Part shown: in pieces, positions 34,201-38,206 of the stretch | Position numbering within the stretch: position 1 is the stretch's first letter | Layout: the number at the start of each line of letters is the position of its first letter | Assembly: GCA_042218115.1 (NCBI GenBank) | Contig: JBDGRJ010000002.1 | Coordinates: 1 to 38,206 of the forward strand | Direction of reading: 5' to 3' | Length of the DNA: 38,206 nt | DNA from: Minisyncoccia bacterium | Lineage (GTDB): Bacteria > Patescibacteriota > Patescibacteriia > Magasanikbacterales > UBA922 | The notes under the pieces: model-generated | The model's database searches: none | What the model saw: only the letters and a program-made list of their open reading frames with translations | What the model was told of the DNA's origin: nothing | Translations under genes and position numbers: made by a program

Positions 34201-36296
34201 ATCTGTTGTACTTGATCCAGATGAATTATACCGTCACGTACACCTTTAGCAATCTCTAGGGAGTTATCTGCAAATACGGAAGGTGGCGGTATGTCTTCAT
34301 TGCCAAAATGTTCTTCCATTATGTCATTTTTTTGCTCTAAAAACTCGGCTTCGGACATATCGCCTACAGCAAAATCAGCTATTAGATCATGTATATCTTC
34401 TTTTAGTGCCTCTCCTCTCTCAGAATTTACCTCCATATACTCATCTTCTTGCAGTGCTGCTTCACCAAAATCTTCATCAAACCGCTCCATCAGAGATTTT
34501 ACAGCTTTTCTATTGTCTTCTTCGTCCACTATATCTTCCTCTCTACCAGCATAAATATTGTTTTCATCTTCTTTTTGAGTCCTTGACTCCCTAAGCTCCT
34601 TATTTTTTTGGTAATTTTTACTAATACCTTCTATGAATCCACCGGCACCTGAAAAGAAAGAATTTACTACTCCTTGAGCTTCGCCAGCTCTTTCAGCAGC
34701 TCTTTTGAAAGGAAAGCTTACCGTCTTTTTAATAGTCTCCCAAGTACCTTCTCCTTCCATCTCCTGTTTTCTCTCTTCTTCTACCTCTTTTTGCGCCTCA
34801 AACCGAGCTTGTTTTTCTGCTAGATCAGAAGCATCTATGGCTTTCAGACCTTCATCCATTAACTTTTCCAATCTTTCTCGGCGTCCACCCCCTTCTCCTC
34901 CTTCTGTTCCAGTATCTGTTGTGCCTGTAGTATCTTCCTCCTCTTCTCTTTGTTTTAAAATGTCGGTTGTCTCACGTAAAATAGCTAAATGTTGAGCCAA
35001 AGCATTTTGCTCACGATCAGATAAATTCTGTAGGCCGCGATCTTGTATGTCTACGGCTTTCTTTTGGCTTCTATCACGCATCTTTTTAAGATCCTCAGTA
35101 TCTCTATCTGAATAATCAAAGCTTTCCCGCATCTCCTTTACCCTCTCTTCAATCATATCTGCGATCATCTCAGCACTCAGCTCGTCTTCTATTTTTTCAC
35201 CTTCTTGTTTCTGGTCCTCGCTTTCCAGGTGAGAAGTGGCTTCTCTAAGGTGGGCAAAATTTTGGGCTAAAGCATTTTTTTCTCGCTCTGATAGTTGATC
35301 CAAGCCATCCTCTCTTATTCTTTTTTGAAATTTTTGAACTTTCTTTTGACTTTTTTCTTTAATTTCTTCCAGTTCCTCCTGGCTCCTCTGTTCATAGTTC
35401 AAACCCTGCTGTATCTCATCAGCTCGAGCCAATACTGCATCCGCAAGATCTTCTGCACTAGCACCTTCACTCTCTTCCGCTTCCTTACCTCTGGAGATTT
35501 CCATTATCTCATTAGTTATTTTATCTAACCGTTTCTCGATCTCTTTTATCCCCATAGTTTCACCTTTGCTGTCTATACGGTCAGCTTCTTCTAACTTATC
35601 GAGAAGCTCTTCTTTTTGGTTTATAAGCTCCTGCAGTCTTGATTGTTCTTTTTCTGATAAATTAGCCGACCACTCCTCTCTGGAAGCACTTATAATTTTA
35701 TTGGTGACTTTATCTAATTCTGACTTAATATTATCAATTTCGCTTTGACGGCTAGTATTTTCAAGTTTTTGTTTTAATTCTTCTTTATCCTCGATTAACT
35801 CATCCAGATCTTTTTCTGCCTCTGCCCCAGTTTGCTCCGAAGCAGGTTCGGCTTTGGCTTCTGGTTCTTGATCGCCCCCCTCTTGTAAGTAACCAGAGTT
35901 AGCCTCTTTTATATAACGTTCAAGTCGGTCTTGATCGAGATTTGAATTTTCAATTTTTTTATCTAGTTCCGACCTAATTTTTTTCAGCTCCTCTTCAACC
36001 TTACTAATTTCGTCATGCTCATAATCCATACTCTCCAATTCTTCACGTAATTTCAGCTCTTCCTGTTTTAGCTCAGCAATAGGTTGAGCCTGCTCCCTAG
36101 CTTCTATCTCCTCTCGTATATCATTAATTTCTCTCTGTAGCTCTTCTCGTTCGCTCTTGTCCGGTTCGATATCCTCAAGCTCTTCTAGTTCATCTTGTAG
36201 ATCTTCTATGGCTTGCTGGTTAGAATCTAGTTCTTTTTTACGAGCCCCGCCCTCTATTGTAGCCTCTGGCGGGCGACCTGAAGTTTCTCTACTCAT
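31257..36296 (-). CDS. giant (1,679 aa) hyper-acidic coiled-coil protein with a central Gly/Ala-rich membrane hairpin
   Basis: A single ORF with no signal peptide. The N-terminal ~750 aa are E/K/D/Q-rich with internal repeats. Hydrophobic block VPVNAASVVGATAGAAGFLGQRAAYGASSAVGGLVGLGAGVGVGKYF is at ~33955-34095. A second segment, RRQKALREATAAGTFGMIGGAALAETAELGW, is at ~33370-33440. The linker DDDDEGGGGGGGTTTDGPGPTPPPPTG is at ~32140-32225. Confidence 0.85.
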   Translation of the reverse strand: MSRETSGRPPEATIEGGARKKELDSNQQAIEDLQDELEELEDIEPDKSEREELQREINDIREEIEAREQAQPIAELKQEELKLREELESMDYEHDEISKVEEELKKIRSELDKKIENSNLDQDRLERYIKEANSGYLQEGGDQEPEAKAEPASEQTGAEAEKDLDELIEDKEELKQKLENTSRQSEIDNIKSELDKVTNKIISASREEWSANLSEKEQSRLQELINQKEELLDKLEEADRIDSKGETMGIKEIEKRLDKITNEIMEISRGKEAEESEGASAEDLADAVLARADEIQQGLNYEQRSQEELEEIKEKSQKKVQKFQKRIREDGLDQLSEREKNALAQNFAHLREATSHLESEDQKQEGEKIEDELSAEMIADMIEERVKEMRESFDYSDRDTEDLKKMRDRSQKKAVDIQDRGLQNLSDREQNALAQHLAILRETTDILKQREEEEDTTGTTDTGTEGGEGGGRRERLEKLMDEGLKAIDASDLAEKQARFEAQKEVEEERKQEMEGEGTWETIKKTVSFPFKRAAERAGEAQGVVNSFFSGAGGFIEGISKNYQKNKELRESRTQKEDENNIYAGREEDIVDEEDNRKAVKSLMERFDEDFGEAALQEDEYMEVNSERGEALKEDIHDLIADFAVGDMSEAEFLEQKNDIMEEHFGNEDIPPPSVFADNSLEIAKGVRDGIIHLDQVQQMDVTIGEAASKFKREAEEEYGALDKMVDAVQKSKIAEKVPVNAASVVGATAGAAGFLGQRAAYGASSAVGGLVGLGAGVGVGKYFESSKRLKEQQAYVEEAKARGEETVEEEEFREELEQFSLEMLNAENFVDRFQTEYCKDDSFELRGDLSDEELEQVMEQLAEIENRQKFERDENRNMINYQARETEDIHANLMVLKAEIKQGLKEKHNIAPDTIDQTIEHRYQERFLPAYSEYEQELQEHFDSYRRQKALREATAAGTFGMIGGAALAETAELGWEGSNAVSWTSEPETQGVFDFIAGWEQGENQTVAASVLDSMGDWISGAKDSINYLAPDHSQTMQLSGGELNINLPEGFNIQPSSGSHEAELFTPEGDQVPLDFNHKTGALTQKTINRLGSEGIVPQGGMSENVQSIMGGWEMSEVPAADKMDQLSDKMSDVYQLDQSDKIWLGNETPDTYDFNELRSYWGGVSESGFDGQGNIEFKIDMEEFATNAQGEQIAGSQTDFPSDIIGKPNEALSEGRMFLEIRPEEASGAERFQIPFDADGSVEIPKSHPAYDMCFEEGPGGEAVLKADLMEIVEHGSDQAQGDKALIYSSVQGQGTPDSAVSAEMAAETVNSYMNEVTLTEPTAEDGPNVFPAFDIYPHSGEKVGAGIEPERRQREETDDDDEGGGGGGGTTTDGPGPTPPPPTGQEDKLPIKRPTSALTKVEGSPESLPVPKEVMMQAEESEETAVEIYEDQLENSEEFQEAWQYVKEELNLEEDARISDFTLSELEQMKETWLFNNHPDTMEAGADVDIGEFNENFRTVIAVKEEMMEMETVEDIEQERGDRFEELEDILVINEDGEFKEELDEIYDVEMPERGEFGDRFGDMINRSEEWNGNIDSLQTEFAYLQALDMREDSSDGELQEGLEFVLEGGGALAGVKEKIESEVNAISELEDQEQIEQRIEDLKELNKVAAELVLMKERLQQTQEEELEQLRESV
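34951..35463 (-). repeat. two tandem 270-nt (90-aa) coding repeats in the 1,679-aa gene
   Basis: gggctaaagcatttt at 35264 and gagccaaagcatttt at 34994 are 270 nt apart. Protein copy 1: ASAEDLADAVL...SQKKVQKFQKRIREDGLDQLSEREKNALAQNFAHLREATSHLES. Protein copy 2: LSAEMIADMIE...SQKKAVDIQDRGLQNLSDREQNALAQHLAILRETTDILKQ. Confidence 0.75.
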
Positions 36297-36316
36297 GTTA
36301 TCTTTATTATTTTTGT

Positions 36317-36658
36317 TTACTGCCTAGAAAGATACATATTCCTAACCTGAAGAATGGCATTACTAAGGATATTATCCACACCATCTACATTTGCTTGAAT
36401 AAACTCTCTAATCTCAGCTGGGTCCGGGTCTTGATCCAACAATTCATCAAACTGGTCTGTTAACCCCTCTTCAGACATGTATTTGACTACTTTATTGTTA
36501 AAAAGATCGTTTATTTCCCCCTCTATGTCATCAATCATCTGTTCTCTAACTTCATCATTTCTAACTTCTAGATCTCTTTCTTCAAAAATACGCTCCGCTG
36601 CCTCTCTAGTAGTGAATTGTGGGGGCTGTTGTGTTTCTGGGGCTGAGTTTTCAGGCAT
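36317..36658 (-). CDS. small helical protein (113 aa), DUF5663-like; partner of the 1,679-aa giant
   Basis: INDLFNNKVVKYMSEEGLTDQFDELLDQDPDPAEIREFI...AILQVRNMY aligns with the 102-aa protein (LFNKVIDKFSEKQRQEFIDAIDNQ...EVLQVKQEL). It ends 20 nt before the giant gene. Confidence 0.7.
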   Translation of the reverse strand: MPENSAPETQQPPQFTTREAAERIFEERDLEVRNDEVREQMIDDIEGEINDLFNNKVVKYMSEEGLTDQFDELLDQDPDPAEIREFIQANVDGVDNILSNAILQVRNMYLSRQ

Positions 36659-36709
36659 AATTTTATATTAATTTTTAAACTTAAACCTTGAGGAAATTAT
36701 ATCAAAATT

Positions 36710-37336
36710 TCAGCCAAACCAAAAATGATGCTCCTGCTTTTTCTTATACCACAAATACCCAAAACTTACAACAATACCTACAAAAAACCCGGCAATCGTG
36801 TTTATAATCAAATTCGGCTTAGTCGGGTACTCGGAGACCAACGGTGGGTTTACTACTTTCAGGTTCACTTTCTGACCGATGTAGTTGCTAGTTTGATTCA
36901 AAAGCACCTCGAGTACTTCTTTGTTCATCTTTTTTGCTTGCTTTGGCTCTACATGGTAAGTGCTTACGGTAAGCATACCGGTGCCGTAGTTTAGGCTGGC
37001 ATCTACCGACTCCCGCCATAGCTTACGCCGCTCTCGCTCGGATAGACCAGAAAACTGCTTGGACAGCTTTGAATCATCCAAATTAGAGGTCACCTTGGCA
37101 AAAAAATCATTGGTCTCTACGATATTGGCCAGATTTTCACCGATCTTCTTAGCTGAGCGCATAGCGGTGTAAGCATCCAGTCCCTTCTCGCCTTTGGTTA
37201 TTACTATCACTTGAGAATCTGCTTGATATCTGAGAGGAAACAAAAGCGAGACTAATAAAAATAATACAGCCGCTACCAGCCCGGTAAGTAATATTGAATT
37301 AAATCCCTCTTTGAGAATCTGCAGTGGGTTATTCAT
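36710..37336 (-). CDS. Wzz/polysaccharide co-polymerase-like chain-length determinant protein
   Basis: 208 aa with an N-terminal TM helix (ILLTGLVAAVLFLLVSLLF), a periplasmic-type helical region, a Pro-rich motif (NPPLVSEYPTKPNLIIN) and a C-terminal TM helix (IAGFFVGIVVSFGYLWY). This is the PCP family layout. Confidence 0.7.
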   Translation of the reverse strand: MNNPLQILKEGFNSILLTGLVAAVLFLLVSLLFPLRYQADSQVIVITKGEKGLDAYTAMRSAKKIGENLANIVETNDFFAKVTSNLDDSKLSKQFSGLSERERRKLWRESVDASLNYGTGMLTVSTYHVEPKQAKKMNKEVLEVLLNQTSNYIGQKVNLKVVNPPLVSEYPTKPNLIINTIAGFFVGIVVSFGYLWYKKKQEHHFWFG

Positions 37337-37341
37337 AAAAT

Positions 37342-38206
37342 TTAATTAGTTATTTTTATTTGTTTGGTGCCTTCTTGGGATATAACCTTCAGGTTTATCG
37401 GCAAGCTCGATCCTATGATCTGTCTAGCTAGGTCTTTTGTCTTTATTGGTTTGCCGTTTATCTCTATTATTATGTCCCCACGTTTGAGCTGATCTGATTT
37501 TGTCTGGGTGATATAAAACCCGGTCTTGGTTTCAGTTCTGTTGTCCTCTCGGCTAAATCTATTTATTATTATACCTTGAGTATCGGGAAAATCATAACTC
37601 AGCTCCTCTCCACCCAGCACATCATCCATATGGGCAGATACATACCAAGAGGGTACGACCCGACCATTTTCTCCTAAAAATCCTACTAACTCCCCGGAGC
37701 TGTTTACGACCACGGAAGCATCTTTTTTATCTACAGGTAGCTTAAAGCTATAAATAGGCTCTTTTAGATTATAGACCTCTCGGGAGCCCGTTTTTTGTTT
37801 TTCATCTAAGACAAACCTCTTCCAGTCAGCTACAGTCCAAAGAGCATCGGCAGGATCGAGATCATCCCAGTCTGCAATACCGCTAACTCTGAAGTTATCC
37901 CCGCCAAGATACAAATACAGCATACCACTTTGGGGATCATAGAGCGATTTCTCAATCTCATGCACCACACCTCGATGATCCACCGCCTCCCAGCTTCTAT
38001 AGCTGCCGGACCTATAGTCTGGTCTGTACGCCACTATCCAGCCGTCCGAGCTCAGCACTACACCTTGAGCTAAAACCTCATCTCTGTAATATTTACCTTC
38101 TATCTTGTTTCTTGTGTCATAAATATCGACGGTTCTCTGTTCTACCTGCTCTTTGGTCAAGGAGTCTATTTGTTCTTCCTTCTCAGTTCTATCACTCTCA
38201 ATAGCA
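37342..38206 (-). CDS. PDZ-domain protein with a degenerate HtrA/trypsin-like N-domain, 5'-partial
   Basis: The frame stays open from the listed TTG (38160) to the window edge (AIESDRTEKEEQIDS upstream). The C-terminal segment GFYITQTKSDQLKRGDIIIEINGKPIKTKDLARQII is PDZ-like. The N-domain resembles a chymotrypsin fold (GVVLSSDGWIVAY; VVVNSSGELVGFLG) but I see no GNSGG Ser motif or TNxHV His motif. Confidence 0.6.
   Translation of the reverse strand, partial: AIESDRTEKEEQIDSLTKEQVEQRTVDIYDTRNKIEGKYYRDEVLAQGVVLSSDGWIVAYRPDYRSGSYRSWEAVDHRGVVHEIEKSLYDPQSGMLYLYLGGDNFRVSGIADWDDLDPADALWTVADWKRFVLDEKQKTGSREVYNLKEPIYSFKLPVDKKDASVVVNSSGELVGFLGENGRVVPSWYVSAHMDDVLGGEELSYDFPDTQGIIINRFSREDNRTETKTGFYITQTKSDQLKRGDIIIEINGKPIKTKDLARQIIGSSLPINLKVISQEGTKQIKITN

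Noticed and set aside
23095-36296. Possibility that the giant ORFs are artefacts of an alternative genetic code or of low-complexity sequence
   Set aside because: Both ORFs are uninterrupted under the standard code. They contain non-repetitive segments, recognisable TRAM-like modules and hydrophobic segments. The antisense ORFs within them are short and S/F/L-rich. No recoding needs to be invoked.

Overview
All domain and family calls here come from reading the ORF translations by eye; nothing was searched, so they need HMM and structure confirmation. The window looks like metagenome-style sequence. Most of it is low-GC DNA (sampled 60-nt lines about 28-45% GC) with Patescibacteria/CPR-like gene content, nearly all on the minus strand. 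Two GC-rich segments interrupt it (one sampled line about 63% GC): nt 1 to about 640, and about 18,740-22,870.

The low-GC DNA holds three blocks:
1. An ECF sigma factor, a DUF5667-like membrane protein and a 1,289-aa secreted surface protein.
2. A cell-envelope glycan cluster: three GT4 glycosyltransferases, a secreted glycoside-hydrolase-like/FG-GAP protein, an O-antigen-ligase-like polytopic protein and a membrane-anchored beta-rich protein. Three unrelated type II toxin-antitoxin modules sit in its gene junctions (MNT-HEPN, AbrB plus RelE/ParE-like, RelE/ParE plus a small antitoxin). It also contains a chimeric GT4 remnant that records an old tandem duplication followed by a deletion.
3. 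One long operon: PDZ protein, Wzz-like protein, then [113-aa helical protein + 1,679-aa giant protein], then [102-aa paralogous helical protein + 2,599-aa giant protein]. Both giants are hyper-acidic, lack a signal peptide and have a central Gly/Ala-rich membrane hairpin. The larger one carries about seven TRAM-like beta-barrel modules, three of them in regular repeats of about 480 nt.

The duplicated small-protein/giant-protein module is my best candidate for an undescribed system.

The GC-rich segments encode diderm-style proteins: a Cys-rich lipoprotein, a coiled-coil protein ending in an outer-membrane beta-barrel signature, and a bitopic acidic protein. These genes have GGAGG-type ribosome-binding sites, which the low-GC genes I checked lack. 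The segments are therefore either horizontally acquired or an assembly chimera.

I found no rRNA, tRNA, CRISPR array, transposase or integrase.
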